The position numbers and the translations under genes were made by a program. A stretch of 64,000 nt of DNA from positions 32,001 to 96,000 of IMG/VR virus record IMGVR_UViG_3300030109_005647; one strand, 5' to 3'. Shown in pieces: positions 46,158-59,600 of the stretch (position 1 is the stretch's first letter; each line of letters begins with the position of its first letter). A model generated the notes under the pieces. That model did not search any database. It was not told where the DNA came from and was given only the letters and a program-made list of their open reading frames with translations. Source of the stretch: a virus.

Positions 46158-49100
46158 TATGTCCCGCCTCCTGGTAGCAATCCAGGTAACGGACCACCTG
46201 GAGCTTGTAAATTAGATGGATCTTGAGCGATTACTTGCACTGGTCCGGTATTTAATTGTGTTTGACCTATGGCTTGTCCTGGGGTTATCACATTGTCTCC
46301 TGTGTCTGTAGACTGTTGGCTCAATATAAAGTAATTATTAACCAAAGGAAGATTTGCTTCGTTCACTAATTTCTTATTTATGTAATATGAATAGTTATAT
46401 CTTACCAACCTACAAAGTGTTTTTTTAACAGAAGAAGTTGGGTCTGACAAGCTATCTAAGAGTTCTTTGTTTACAACCTTCCACACTGGCTTGTTTACAT
46501 TTCTTCTAGTTATTGTTTTCTGCGGTCCCTGTTCATAAGGATTGGACTTATCTTTTAAGTATACGGTTTCGTTTGACTCTTCAAAACCACTTAGATACTC
46601 TACTCTAACTATGTTTTGATGCTTAAACCAGAAAAATGAAAGCAATAGAGGGTTGATCACGCCATTTCTAATATAGTTTTGATCAGTAGCGGAGTAATCT
46701 CTAAATGGTCCTATGTTATCAGTGGTAGTTGCCAAGCTTAAAACCTGTAATGGTGGCAGAGTTGGTAGACCGCCGATAGAGTGAACAAAAAAGAAAGTTA
46801 AATTGCCAAAAATTCCTGATGGGTAGGGTAGAAAATCTTCTTTAGACATGTTCAATTTGAAAGATCCTGCTTCAGAAAACAACTTTCTATTTACAAAAGA
46901 TGATATTAAAAAATTGTCGGCTGCAGTGAAAATCTGTAAATCTGGCTTTGGTAAAAAAGTATTTCCTATCAAATTTTGTATGCCGGGTGATATTAAACTC
47001 TGGATGCCCTCATTTTCAGAACTGCTCTCTTGGTTGGTATCTTCTTCTACTAGACCGTTACTATCTGATAGATTGATCTTTGTGAGATTGACAATATCAA
47101 AACCAGATTTCTTAAGAAAAGACAAGTTATCCTTCTGCAGAGATAGGTTTTGCTTTTTTTGAGCCGATCCGACCTGTTCTGGGTTGATTGAGTTTTCGAT
47201 ATTAACGTCACTCTTAAATTTTAAAATATTTGTAAAAACACGTTGAGCAATTGTTTCAACTGGTGTTGAATTATTGAAAAATGAATAATCCAAAACAGTT
47301 GTGGGAAGCATAACACAAGACTTGATAAACTTTATTGGTAAATTTAAGTATGAATAAACTGATGTTTCTGGTATAGCCGTAGATAGTCCTTTCGACGTAA
47401 ACGCCTCTTTCAAAGATTCTGATGTGGTATTTCCATCAGTAGCAGACTTTGGAATTATTTTTGAAAATAAAAATAAACAAGAGTTTTTATAATCATCAAC
47501 AAGAACCTCTGTAAAATTAAAGGTTCTTCTTCCCGAGACCCCCTCTAGTGTAAGAGTGCTGTCTTGAAAGTTTTTATCTAGATATCCGAGAAAATCATAG
47601 CCATGATCAGTAGCAATAAATTTGTTATTATCTTTACTACTAACTTGTATAATTTTAGTGCCTAAAGAAGCTTCTATGTTGCCTTGCTGTTTTAATTGAC
47701 CGTAAAATTGTGGATTTGTAGATTTTGCCGGTTTAGATCCAAAGCTGCTAAGAGTTTGTAACAACTTGGACTTTAAATCGGTCAAGAAATCCTCCAACAA
47801 AAGTAAATCAGTTAATGTCGCAGTGTATAGGTTTGATAACTTTAAAAAGTAATTAACAAAATCAATGACAGATACATCTGGAGAATAAAAGAAAGTAAAC
47901 ACACTAAAGTCTGGAGATGCAAAATAATCGTAAACATCCTTTATGACTGTGTAGCTATCTGCTAGTTCCGTAACGGGAACTTGATCGTAGGGTGATTGAT
48001 TATTTACAATTTTTTGGATAGTTAAACTTTTTAACTTCTCGGTTGTGATATCAAATCCGCTTTTTTTATCGTTAGAGGCAAAACTGACCAATCTACTGAC
48101 TGATTCAATGGCTGGAGTGAGACCAAGTACTAATTCTCTAACATAATTAATTGTTGGATCTTTATATTCAACTTCTATTCTATACTTATTCTCACTTCCA
48201 ACAAGCGCTGGAGTAAAATGTTTAAATGAAAAATATTCTAGTCCAGTCGTGCTTTCTGTTTCTGGTAAATCAAAGTTGTTTTTATTTATTACTATCTTCT
48301 CTTTGTTAGACATGTAGCCAGCTTGATTTTGATTTTTACCTTTTACATCAAAGCTTATAAAAGTTTCGTTTTGAGTTATCTGACCAAGCAGTTCATCTTT
48401 TTCATAAATTAAAAGCTTTTCTAGCGTCGTTAGCTGCATCATATTATTTAAGAACGATTTATATCCAGATTGTGTAAGTGACTGTTTTGCATTATCAAAA
48501 AGAAAAGGATAAGCGGTTAAGTTTTTTATAATTTCTAATTTATCTACAACAAATGCGCCTTGTATGTTGGCTTGTTTGTCTTGCGATAAATAGATATCAC
48601 TAATATAGGTTTTATTTTTTGTTTCGGAAAAATCTAAAATGTTTTTGCTAGCTTGAAACCTAGCCGTTAAAGAATTTAACGTTTCAAAAGATTTTGTTAT
48701 GTTTACAATATTTCTTTTAACTTTGTCTTTGACGCGATTGTCGATGTATTTCGTCATCGCAACAATTTTATAATCTAAAGAAGGGTGTGGTTCATTAGGA
48801 GTATGTTCTGCCCCGACCATAAAAGACTTTGATTCTTCGTGATAATGAACTGGACCAGCCCACACATCACCAGCTTTACCAAACTTTCCTGTAAATTGAT
48901 TAACTTTATCTGGTGGATACTGTGCTAAAGTAAATACTAAACCTTCATTTTGTAAAGACTTATCTAGAATTACTATTTCTCTAGATGGATCTGCTATAAA
49001 GACATCATTAATACTTTCGTGCTGTATAGCGGTCACAATTATGTAAGCTAAAAACTCCGTGCCTGCTGAGAAATCAAACTCTACTTCTGATATTAATTCT

Positions 49101-49570
49101 GATAATATTGTGCCATCATCTAGAGTTTCCTCTGGTAATTCTATAACATTTCCACTACTTTTAAAGTTTCCATCCCCAATAAGATTTAAAATCTTTGTTT
49201 GTATATGCGGGTTTAAGCCTGTGTTGTCGGTTGTTAGCTCTACTTTTGTAGCAGTGCTTACCAAGCTATTATAAAACTCTTTATCTGTTATCTGATGGAC
49301 ATACGTTTTTACAAATTGTGATAATTCTGAGTCTAGTAATAGTGCCAACTCTGATTGAATATTATAATTTTTTAATATTTTTGCTGATAAAACTAACCTA
49401 CTTGTTGATGAGTCGCCAGGGGTTAAAACGGTTTGAGACGAATTATCATAGTAACCAGGATTGTTGCTTTTAGACTTCACAACCTTCTGTTTATAATTTG
49501 AATCTAATGTTATCTTTTTAACATAAGTTTTTGGCAATAATTCCTGTGATAAGCTGTTTAATGATATCAT
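46157..49570 (-). CDS. large hypothetical virion-associated protein
   Basis: About 1137 aa; start re-called at the TAATG overlap at 49570; contains WAGPVHYH...MVGAEHT..PHP. Confidence 0.7.
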   Translation of the reverse strand: MISLNSLSQELLPKTYVKKITLDSNYKQKVVKSKSNNPGYYDNSSQTVLTPGDSSTSRLVLSAKILKNYNIQSELALLLDSELSQFVKTYVHQITDKEFYNSLVSTATKVELTTDNTGLNPHIQTKILNLIGDGNFKSSGNVIELPEETLDDGTILSELISEVEFDFSAGTEFLAYIIVTAIQHESINDVFIADPSREIVILDKSLQNEGLVFTLAQYPPDKVNQFTGKFGKAGDVWAGPVHYHEESKSFMVGAEHTPNEPHPSLDYKIVAMTKYIDNRVKDKVKRNIVNITKSFETLNSLTARFQASKNILDFSETKNKTYISDIYLSQDKQANIQGAFVVDKLEIIKNLTAYPFLFDNAKQSLTQSGYKSFLNNMMQLTTLEKLLIYEKDELLGQITQNETFISFDVKGKNQNQAGYMSNKEKIVINKNNFDLPETESTTGLEYFSFKHFTPALVGSENKYRIEVEYKDPTINYVRELVLGLTPAIESVSRLVSFASNDKKSGFDITTEKLKSLTIQKIVNNQSPYDQVPVTELADSYTVIKDVYDYFASPDFSVFTFFYSPDVSVIDFVNYFLKLSNLYTATLTDLLLLEDFLTDLKSKLLQTLSSFGSKPAKSTNPQFYGQLKQQGNIEASLGTKIIQVSSKDNNKFIATDHGYDFLGYLDKNFQDSTLTLEGVSGRRTFNFTEVLVDDYKNSCLFLFSKIIPKSATDGNTTSESLKEAFTSKGLSTAIPETSVYSYLNLPIKFIKSCVMLPTTVLDYSFFNNSTPVETIAQRVFTNILKFKSDVNIENSINPEQVGSAQKKQNLSLQKDNLSFLKKSGFDIVNLTKINLSDSNGLVEEDTNQESSSENEGIQSLISPGIQNLIGNTFLPKPDLQIFTAADNFLISSFVNRKLFSEAGSFKLNMSKEDFLPYPSGIFGNLTFFFVHSIGGLPTLPPLQVLSLATTTDNIGPFRDYSATDQNYIRNGVINPLLLSFFWFKHQNIVRVEYLSGFEESNETVYLKDKSNPYEQGPQKTITRRNVNKPVWKVVNKELLDSLSDPTSSVKKTLCRLVRYNYSYYINKKLVNEANLPLVNNYFILSQQSTDTGDNVITPGQAIGQTQLNTGPVQVIAQDPSNLQAPGGPLPGLLPGGGT

Positions 49571-50631
49571 TAGTCGCAAACGTCCCTTGTGTCATCTTCA
49601 TCTGCATAGACATTTTCTATCTCTACAGAGTTATTTAGATCCTCACAGTTAAATATTTTAGTATTGTATATTTGTTCTGTTTTATCGCTAGAGATAATCG
49701 GACATATAATCGATTCGTCTATTTCAGAGTCGACCAAGAAATCAAATAAATAATCAACAGTCTGAGTGTCTATTTTTTCGTCCAAGTTGTCACTAAACAA
49801 ATCCTCTTTACTTTTGTAAAAATCTATTGGTGATAATACTTCCTCTATCGAAGCTTGACCATTTTTGCCAATAGTTTCCACATCGGTTACTTCAAACATC
49901 TCAACTTCAAAGTTTTCCTTACCATAAAATATATTGGACTCTTCTAGTCTAATGATTAAAGCGTCTTTAAATGTTTTTATAGTATCACCATTATTAAAAT
50001 CTAGACCATCCAAGAAAAAAGGATCAGTAGCTTGATTAACCTGTTCTGGATATATTTTATTATATTTGTTGTTGTTTCTTACAATCTCATATTCAATGTT
50101 ACTATCTAGTTGCGGGATGTTTAAAAACTTTTCTCCCTTAGAACTGCTAATACTAGTATAATTTACTGAAGCTGATAGTGGTGCCTTTAAAAAAGCGGCA
50201 TTCCATGCTGGAGCGTATCCGGCTGACGGATCATAAACAGCCAAAGGCTGTTGTAGTACCTCTGTTTGTTCTGGTCCATCTTGTAAAATTAAATCCCCTC
50301 TTTCTACTGGCGCCTCGAATATACTATTTTCTGTTAAGAATTCAGCGCCTATAATAAGGTCATTAACAATGTTTGGATTCTTATTAAAGATTGCAATATC
50401 TCTACCAGAATAAACAGGTTGTGCTGTCATTCTAGGAGTGTTCTCTTGAATTCTAGGTTCGATTTCACTTTGAGTTTCAGTTGTTACTCCTGCGAAAGCA
50501 TTATCATAAATAATGTCGTCATCAAAAAAGGCATAATAAACAGGCTTTAACTTACCTACGGCAAGCAAATATTTACCGTAAGATGTGAGTTCTAAATTTA
50601 TTACTTGTTCTTTTGGATCTAAATAACTCAA
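49570..50631 (-). CDS. baseplate/tail structural protein (N-terminus paralogous to 41884-42828)
   Basis: MSYLDPKEQVINLELTSYGKYLLAVGKLKPVYYAFFDDDIIYD. Confidence 0.65.
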   Translation of the reverse strand: MSYLDPKEQVINLELTSYGKYLLAVGKLKPVYYAFFDDDIIYDNAFAGVTTETQSEIEPRIQENTPRMTAQPVYSGRDIAIFNKNPNIVNDLIIGAEFLTENSIFEAPVERGDLILQDGPEQTEVLQQPLAVYDPSAGYAPAWNAAFLKAPLSASVNYTSISSSKGEKFLNIPQLDSNIEYEIVRNNNKYNKIYPEQVNQATDPFFLDGLDFNNGDTIKTFKDALIIRLEESNIFYGKENFEVEMFEVTDVETIGKNGQASIEEVLSPIDFYKSKEDLFSDNLDEKIDTQTVDYLFDFLVDSEIDESIICPIISSDKTEQIYNTKIFNCEDLNNSVEIENVYADEDDTRDVCD

Positions 50632-50641
50632 TTAATAACTC

Positions 50642-53600
50642 CTATTGCCCAAAGGGATCGGAACCGCCAAGGTTGCCAAGCTGCGCTAATGACTGCCCTA
50701 CTGCTGTAGCGCTGTCCACTGTTGTCGATGGACCTCCATCTGGTGTGCTTACACCTGCTCCAGTACTACTACCAAAACCGCCTGGACCAGAAGGATCTAT
50801 GAAATCTGTAGTGCCGCCTGCGCCGACTCCAGGTAATGCCGATGCTGGTGTCTCTGGTAGTGGAGCATATTCATTCTGGTCGGCATCAGACTTAGACGGT
50901 GCGCCAAACTTTTCTTGTATTTCTTGCGTCGGAACTTTAACAGAACCATCTTGCGGGGTCATTGTAATTTCCGCATCTAATTTTACTAGCTCTACCATAC
51001 TAAAGAAATCATATGGCCAGTTATATGTGATATTTGGAAACTGCTGTTGATTTGCAAATTTAAAATCAAACTGACCGCCATCATTAATATTGGTTGTTCT
51101 CTCAAAGTAATTAGTCGCTGCTCGTTTCTTAGCCTTGAATACCATCCATTGTATATCACTAGTATACTCTCGTGATTTAGATATTTGTTCTTCGTTCCCT
51201 AATATCTTTTTGCCATTGATCAAATTCAACTTAAGAGAGTTAAATACTTCGTGTGATATTGTAACTTCATCGCTGTCATGGTAAAATGGTGATGCTCCAA
51301 TTGACACTGGGGGTAGGTTTTGCCAAATGTTAGCCAAGTCTTCTTGTGTTAGAGTGCGTGTAAATTCAAAAATATACATGGCAAATGGACCACCAGGAAT
51401 TTGTTCAATACCAAGTTTACCAGGAACATTGTTTTTGTAAGTTATAAAGTCCATGTGTGGTGGAATAACATATCTCTGCATTTTGTCTACCATATCCACA
51501 ATACTTTGATCTGCTAATGGATTTTCTGGTAGCGTCCCGTCTCCTGGCTGGTTTCCTTGTAGTATTAATTCTGCCTGATTAACAGCATCTCTGGATATTT
51601 TAAATGTAACTTTATTACCGCCTACAACTCTAAATGGAATAGCGACCACAGCTTCGCTAATTTCTTTACTTGATCCCACTTTTCCTATGCGTTGTGGTAC
51701 TTTACCGTTTGTTTTGTCGAACCCAAGAAGGTCAGCGAGTGAACCAGTGAGGCTTGTATCGTTAACACTAGATGGGTCGGCTATAGAAAGAAACGCACCA
51801 TTTGCCTCGTCAATTTCTCCATATTGGTGCCACATGCCAACTCTTCCAGTGTCACCAGTGCTGGCTATTGTTGATTGTGTTACGTTTTTAAAATTCAACA
51901 TGGGGCATTCCCATTTTGGCTCAATAATCATAACATCAATTTCATTAATATCTTTTTTAACCGTTTTTGGTTGACCGGTAATCGCATCAAAATCTGTCTC
52001 TAATATTCTTGCCTTTCCAATGTTAAAAGAAGAAGTAAAATGCTGTGCGTATTTTGTGGCGGCTTGGTCAAACGCAGAGCCTTGGGCTCCTTGAAAGCTA
52101 GCGGTTAAATTATTCATTATTTCATCTAAATCGAAATAAGTAAAATCGTCTGGATCGAGCGGTCTATAGGTTAAAGTTAATATTCCTGCGCCCGTCTTGC
52201 TGTCTAGGGTAGCATGTTTATATACAGGAGCGAAAGCTGAGAAGTCGACTGCTGTTCCTACCGGTACGCCATATGCTGATCCTTGTTCATAGTTAAAGAA
52301 TGTAGTGTTTTCATTTTTAAAGTTAGGACTATTTGAAATTCTTACCTGCATTGTATACTCTTTAAACGATTCTCCTCCTGGCTGAATTAATTTTTTAGTA
52401 TTGCTTGCAAAATCAGGATGATTTGATGGCAACGAGGTCAGTCTTGTCATCCTTCCTTGTGGTAAGAAAAAGTTAATCGATTCTGCGAAGAAATTATTTG
52501 CCGCTAAGGTATAAAGTAGTGTGCTTTGATTATCTGAAACTTTAAACGTGTATTGTGAGGTACTTTGTAATCCTTCAAACTTCTCTCCAGCATATGAAGT
52601 ACCAAAACCAGAGGCTTGGTTAGCAATTCTAGCATCATTTATATGTAAATCATACCATGTTAAACTTCCAACGTTGCCACCTATATTCCCATCAGGATCT
52701 ATAATTGCTTCAAATGGTATTCTTGTAAACGGCTGTGTTCTTTCATAGAAAGGATTAGTGCCTGTAGATGATGTCACATAAGCAACGCTTCTTCTTGTGT
52801 CATTAACAGAATTACTGGGCATTGGAAAGTCAACCGCCAAGCCTGCTTTAATAGAATTATACATTATGCCTGGTGCGTAGAAAGGTGTAAGTCCAGCGCG
52901 TGCTGAACCGCTCGTTAAGTTATTCCCCTCAAATGGTCCTAGATATGAAGCGCTAAATAAGTTTGCCAACTGCGTTGTTCTTTGAGCAGGGTAAAAACCG
53001 TCATAGGGCAAGAACTTTATCAACGATTTACAACGCATAGTAACTCTATCTATCACTGTATCATCTGTTGCGTCCTCTGTGATTTCAAAGAACTTTAATA
53101 AATCAGTAGTGTTATAAACTTTGTAAAATTCTGGATTGGTGGCATCTAAAACAGATGACCCGGTTAAATCTAAGAATGGCTTTGTTGGGTTAATCTGTGG
53201 ATTTCGTGCGTTAATATCGAAACCAGTGTTGATGTAATCTGTCATATACTCTGATATTCTAAACTCTGGTATAATAGAATAATCTTTTCCTAGTGTTCGA
53301 ATCTCATTAGCATATTCAGCATATGTTGTGTAAGAAGGATTTAGTCCTGATTGTAAGCCGGCATCCCAAGCGGTATCGTTGACGATGCCAATCGTTGAAG
53401 AACTAACCGGCAGCGTGTAAAGAGGGCTAACAAAGTGATCACCGGCAGAGTTCATAAATACTGTACAGTTATTTTGAAGCTCACCTGCGCCATCCGTACC
53501 CTCAAGATTTGCTGCGGCGCTCTTTACGTTTAGTCTCGCATCAAGTGCAAAAATACTTTGCTTTGGAATGGTGAACCCAATAGAATTAACTGCGTTTTCT

Positions 53601-56600
53601 TCTTCTCTCAACTCTTGAGAGTCATCTTTTGAAGCGTCACCTTTCCAGAATAAATTTTCAAAATTCTCGCGACCTCTAACTTTAGAAAGGTAAGTGTTTT
53701 GTTCTTTCGGGAAAACTGTTTCTCTAACAGTGTATGAAAGTAATTCATCTATCGGGTTTAACTCTGATACACCAGCAAAATCACCAGCACTGTATAGATA
53801 ATAGTTTATGACATCTAGTGTCTGCTGTTCTGATTTTTTATTTCTTTCAGCGAGTATATCACTATCTAGATCTATTCCATCGGCTCCGTGATCCGTAAAG
53901 TAGCCCAAATTATTAAGGTATGAGTGGTTTATTGTAATCCCTTTGGTTGTAAAGTCTTCTGGATTGGAAGATATTCCAAGCTTTACTGATAGCTTATGAC
54001 GTAGCTGCTTATATTTACTTGTAATTGGAGGCTCTATAACTGATGTAATACTGCCTTTAGCTCCGTCAATTACAATTGGATCTCCCTCTGAATTTGTTGC
54101 CTTTTGAGGTTTTAGATAACTTAGCCTGTTTTCACCTCGATGTGTTCTTACAATTGGATGATTGTCTTTTCTATATAGTTTCCAGTTTGAGCCGCCTACT
54201 GGACCTCCACGAGAAGATAAAATACCTTGTAGCACTCTAGAAGGTGGCGCAAATACATTAACTGAAAAATTATCAACCAACCCTCCCTTGTACACTCTTA
54301 AATCTGCTTCTGGAGGAGTACTGTCCATCTCCCCGACATTTGGAAATCCTAGTTGATTTGCGCTAGATGTCAAGGGGTTAACAATATTCGTATTAAGACC
54401 AGCAAAATCAACAGGAATAAACTCAGCGCTAGACGCTGCAGCCAACTCAAGTAAACCAAAGACCCTAATTCCACTCGAATTAACAAAACTACCAACAACA
54501 CTAGAGGTAATAAAAGTTAAATCAGTAGAGGCAAGACTTGCATTACTAAAATCTGGCTGTTCAAAACCATAAAGAGCGGAGCCAGTATAGTCATTTATCA
54601 AGCTAGCTGTGATCCATGCATATTGAACATCTGTTTGCGGTATTTGATGTGTAACAAAGAAATTATCAAATACAGTTTCGGTCGAAACAGTCCCAAAGTC
54701 ACCAGTAAACTCATTAGAATATTTTATCTGTTTCCTACCATTTCTATTGACCTTGTGAAAAGAACCAGTGCCAATGTATTTCAAATTAGCCCCAGGATCG
54801 TTTATAGAAGAAGAGCCGCCAGGATATGTTCCCCAGGATGCTCTTTCGTAATCTGCTATAGTTCTTGCGTCACTAAATAAACCAAATTGATTTGTATGAT
54901 CTGACAACAACTCTTGAAGAGGAAGTCTCACACTTAAATTTCTAAAAGGTAGCGCATTATAAACACTATATTCCGCCGCGGCGACATCTAACATTCCTTC
55001 GCACATCGTCGCAGGATCACCGGGAGCGGAGAATCGATTCACAATAATCGCTTTGTTCTTACCGGTTAAATCTCTTCTAGGCAGCGCAAAGTCAACAACA
55101 CCTGACACGTATAAAGAATCAGTCACCGTTGTCGCCAAATCGCCATCAGATTCCGCTAAATAACGATTATTCAATGAACGACCATTAGTCATTACAATTT
55201 CATAAGTTTTAGAATAGTTTCCAATGTTCGTGCTACTATCAGAGTCAATACCGGTGCCATCTGAAGACGCCGTTATTTGTTGAATATTTTTTATATTTAC
55301 AGGTCTTTTGGCATACTCTTCACGGAAGAACACAGACTTTGGATTCTCTACTGCAACATTAACTAAATCTAATGCGGTAGAAGATACTTTTAATCTCCAG
55401 CCCTCTAGTCTTTCACCTTCTCTTTGAGGTTCTTCATTGTCTGTCACAAGATTAGTCATGACATGGCGATAGGCGCGACCACCCACATATTTTTCTGTAA
55501 ATGGACCCTGCATTGGGACATCGCCAAAAGGACCGTAACTATCGTGATGTAAGTTTGTAATTGCCAACTCTGGTTTAAAGTCTGCTAAGTCTGTCATAGC
55601 AGGGTTTGCGACGACAGAAGAGCTATAAAGACTAAATGGAAACACCAAATCTCCTTTATAAACTTCGGAAAATGACTCAGCATTATCTTGAGATACCCCT
55701 ACAGAAAATTTATATTTTCTCTTACCCTTGTTTAAGATCAAATTATCATCACAAGATTTAAACGATTCAAGTTCTGATTCTGCAGGCTCTATAGAAATTA
55801 ACGCACCCTCTGTTGCGCCGGGGGCTGTTGGACGCTTCCGAAGTGAGTCCCAAAAGCCCACTTTTTTATTTTCATATGCGTTGCCGCCGCCGTGAATTTC
55901 AGGCTCTTTTATCGCATTAATTTTATAAGGTCTTGCAAATCTTCGTAAAGCATACGTGGATCCCTGGTAAGTTCCACTTGAACCTTTAAAACTTGGAGCG
56001 CTGGCATCATTTAAATTATTTACAACATTTAATATCGCTTGTCGATCTGAATCTATAATGGAATCACCACTTGTCAACGCCGATCTTTCTGCTCTTTCTT
56101 TAGCCCATAAACAATTTTCAGCTTCAGTTTCAGATAAAGGCTTGTGACCCTCTTTCCAGGGGTATAGCATCTCATTTATTCCAAATATCGAAGCCTCTGG
56201 ATCTGACTGTTTAAACTCATATGTAGGAAACTTTGATTGATATTTATTTCTCTCTAAAATATGCGATTCAATAACGTTTCTAAGAGGTCTTTCATCTAAA
56301 CCAGAAGACATTGGCGCTAACTTTTGAATCATAGAGGAAACTGCTAGATCAAACCATTTAAAATATTCAATATATTTATCAACATCCGGTGTTGTTGTTC
56401 TTTGGAAAAACAACTGCCTTAGCATTTTAAGTGCTTTGTATTCTCCACGATATCTATCAACACCTTGACCAATAAGATTATTAAAATCAACCACTGTTGA
56501 CATAAAATTTAACATATCTTCTGATATGTTTTGATAGGGGCTTTTTTCTACATATAAATCAAAAAAAGTAGGTCTGCTATCTCTTGTAAAGTAGATGTCG

Positions 56601-59600
56601 TCGTTTTGTAAAACCTTGACGGTGTTTTCACTAGCCATAGTCTCTGGTATGTTTTGCTTTGCAATGATTATGTCATCAGTTAAAACAACGTCAGTGCTAG
56701 ATGCCTTAAACTCGTGTCCAATGCCGGTGTGTTGTTTATTTGAAAGATTACTTAAAAATCCATATCTATTTATTTGTTCCACAGAGCCTGACGTAAAATC
56801 ATCTACGATGAAACTACCTGCTGTGTCTGAGCCTGTTACATTATCAAAATTCCAGTGCAGCAATAATGTTTCTTTATTTGGAACATAAACGTTATTTATA
56901 GAAGTATTAAAAAGATAAGCATTTTGCTCTGGGTTCTTAATGCTATAATTGTTTGGGTTTGAGGCGTGTAACGATAAGTCATTAATTGTTAACTTATTCT
57001 GCCATGCTCTGATAGTGTTAAATTTAACGTCAGATTGCTGTAAGACTGATCCAGTAAAGTTTGTTTTATGGGAACCGACAAATAAACGCTTTGGAGATGC
57101 CAAGAAATTGATTGCCTGCTGTTGCGTTATAGATCCTGTTAGGGTGAATTGATTCATTGTGACATCTAAAACTTTACTAATACCAGAAAATTGAACAACA
57201 TATCCGGTATTTTCAGTTGCGCCGTTTGATAAAGTTGCAGGTGAGGCACCAGTAGCGCCATCTTCAACAAAAGTCCCCTCGATATCGGTTAATGTAATTG
57301 AATTCCCTATTGGACCAGCTACGTTTGCTGTAATTGTTATATCATCTGGTGTAGAGCCGATAGCAGCAGTGATACCTTTAATTCCACTTGTTGCATTACC
57401 TGATCCGGCGCCGTATTGAATAATTGAAGTATCGCTGCTTCCATTAATTGCCGCCACAAGTCGAGTAGCAGTTGAGTTAGCCGCAATGGGCGAAGTGCCT
57501 TTTACTTGTATTTCGTTGGCAGTGCCTGCAGATGGCGTGGCAGCTTCAAGTATCCTGATAGTGATATCATTTCCGGTTCCACCTGCAGCAACTGGAACAT
57601 TAATTTTAAATCTATCGTTTTGTGCCTGACCAGCAAAACTTAATAATATATTAACACCGGATGCTTTTGAATCACTTAGTGTTCCTGATACTTGATTTGC
57701 GTTTGGATATGCCTCTGGATATAACGATACCAAAAAACTCCAATTGGTGTCACTGTAAACATCGTCATAATAAGAGGACACTAATTCTGGTAAAAAACCT
57801 CCAGCGGTTCCAGTTAGAACAAATCTTGCTTTATCAGAGTATGTATTTAATTTTTCTGATTTTACAACAAAGTTAGCGTAGTCGTTTGTGTTCCAAGTTG
57901 TATGCTGGGGGATGCTATCTTCTGCGGTATGTTGACCGAACAGCGATGCGGTTATCATAATCGGATATTGATTGGCATAACTCGCGAACCCATGTTTAAA
58001 CGTGTTAAGGTTTGATTGATCTACTCTATTTGGAAAAGTAATGTTTGCTTCGACACTAAATGGGAGACTAGCTTCTTGAGATGTTCTTGCATTGAAGTCC
58101 TTGCTAGCAGACATAAAAGTAACAGAATTGCTATTTAAGCTGCTAGAATATTGGTGAACACTTGCGTCGGCATTTGGTATAGTATTAAAATTGATTAACT
58201 TAAACTTACCAGATGCAGTCCTAAAGTTATCTTCCAAAACATAATCAACATTGTTTGAATAGATGTTTAATTTATATACTTGATCATCAATTCCAAAACA
58301 TCTTATTAGGTTTCTAAAAGATTTCTCTGTTCCTTTGGATTTGTTTATATAAGTCAAGTTGTTGTAAATGTTTTTATATATGATGTTTTTAACATCATTA
58401 AACTTTTCAGTATATTTTATATTATTATCTCTATTCTCAAAATACTCTAAACTATCAATGGCGTTAAATATCTCTGGTGTGATAAACCCTTTTGACTGTA
58501 AAATCCTATTCATAAAGGGTATTGGTTTTTGAGAACCACTAACATAATCGTTTTGCGGAAGAGAAGGCATTGATTTAGCAAAGTTTGTTGCACTATCAAA
58601 GTAACTACTTATGATTTGTGTTAAATTCCATAACGAATTAGCAATGATGCCTTCATCATCTGGATTATTAGCGTCGTGTTCTTCTAGAATCCAACCTGGT
58701 AGTGTATAGTATATTGTTGATGGATTTGTATAATCATATTGTTTACCCTCTTTTCTTCTATCAGAAAGATATGAAACAACATCAGGGTGAGATGAATATA
58801 TAATTGGATCTCTGAACTCTACTCCAGAATAAGAAGCTAGTCCTGATTCATTGATTGCGGACCCAGTGTCCCTAGAATATAAAGAAGAGTAGCCAGTCCA
58901 CGATCCATTACTAATTCGACCAGAGTAATCTAAAACTTTTGCGTCTGTGGATGCTGTAAGAGTCAACCCTTCGTTAAACTTATAGTATAAACCAAGATGA
59001 GTATTGGCATCGTCAGTATTGGTGCCTCCACCAACTTGATCAAACCATCGTGTTTGTATTTGTTTTGAAGTTCTCCAGTTTTTCCAAAATCTAAATTCAT
59101 CAACAGAGCCAGATAACTTACCCCAGCCTCTGCCCGCCTGTGGTGATCCATCGTTTGTACCCGATGGGTGTGTAGCAAGGGCGCCAATGGTACCGACTAT
59201 GGTGCCACTTACATAGTCAACAGTTGTTCCTGTTTTTATTGTATGATTGTAGCCGCCATCAACAAAAAGATCCACTGCGGTGTTTGAGCCATCATTTTTA
59301 AATCTAAATGAGTAATGGTGCCAATTATCATCAGCAACGGATGATGTGGTAAGTGAAGAACCTATATTTTCTTTTGATATGCCAGACGTACCTGACATGT
59401 AGGTTACATAAAATGGAGACAGAGTGTTTGTCGCTGCGCCATGTCCCGACATCTCAATTGTCATTCGACCATAATCTAAACTTGAAGAGATTGAACTTGT
59501 AGTGAATATATCGAATACAACCTCAGTTTGGGTAGCCGCAGGATTAAAAGCTGCTTTTTTAAGCCAAAACTCTACGGTATTTCCATCGTTTCCGCCTATC

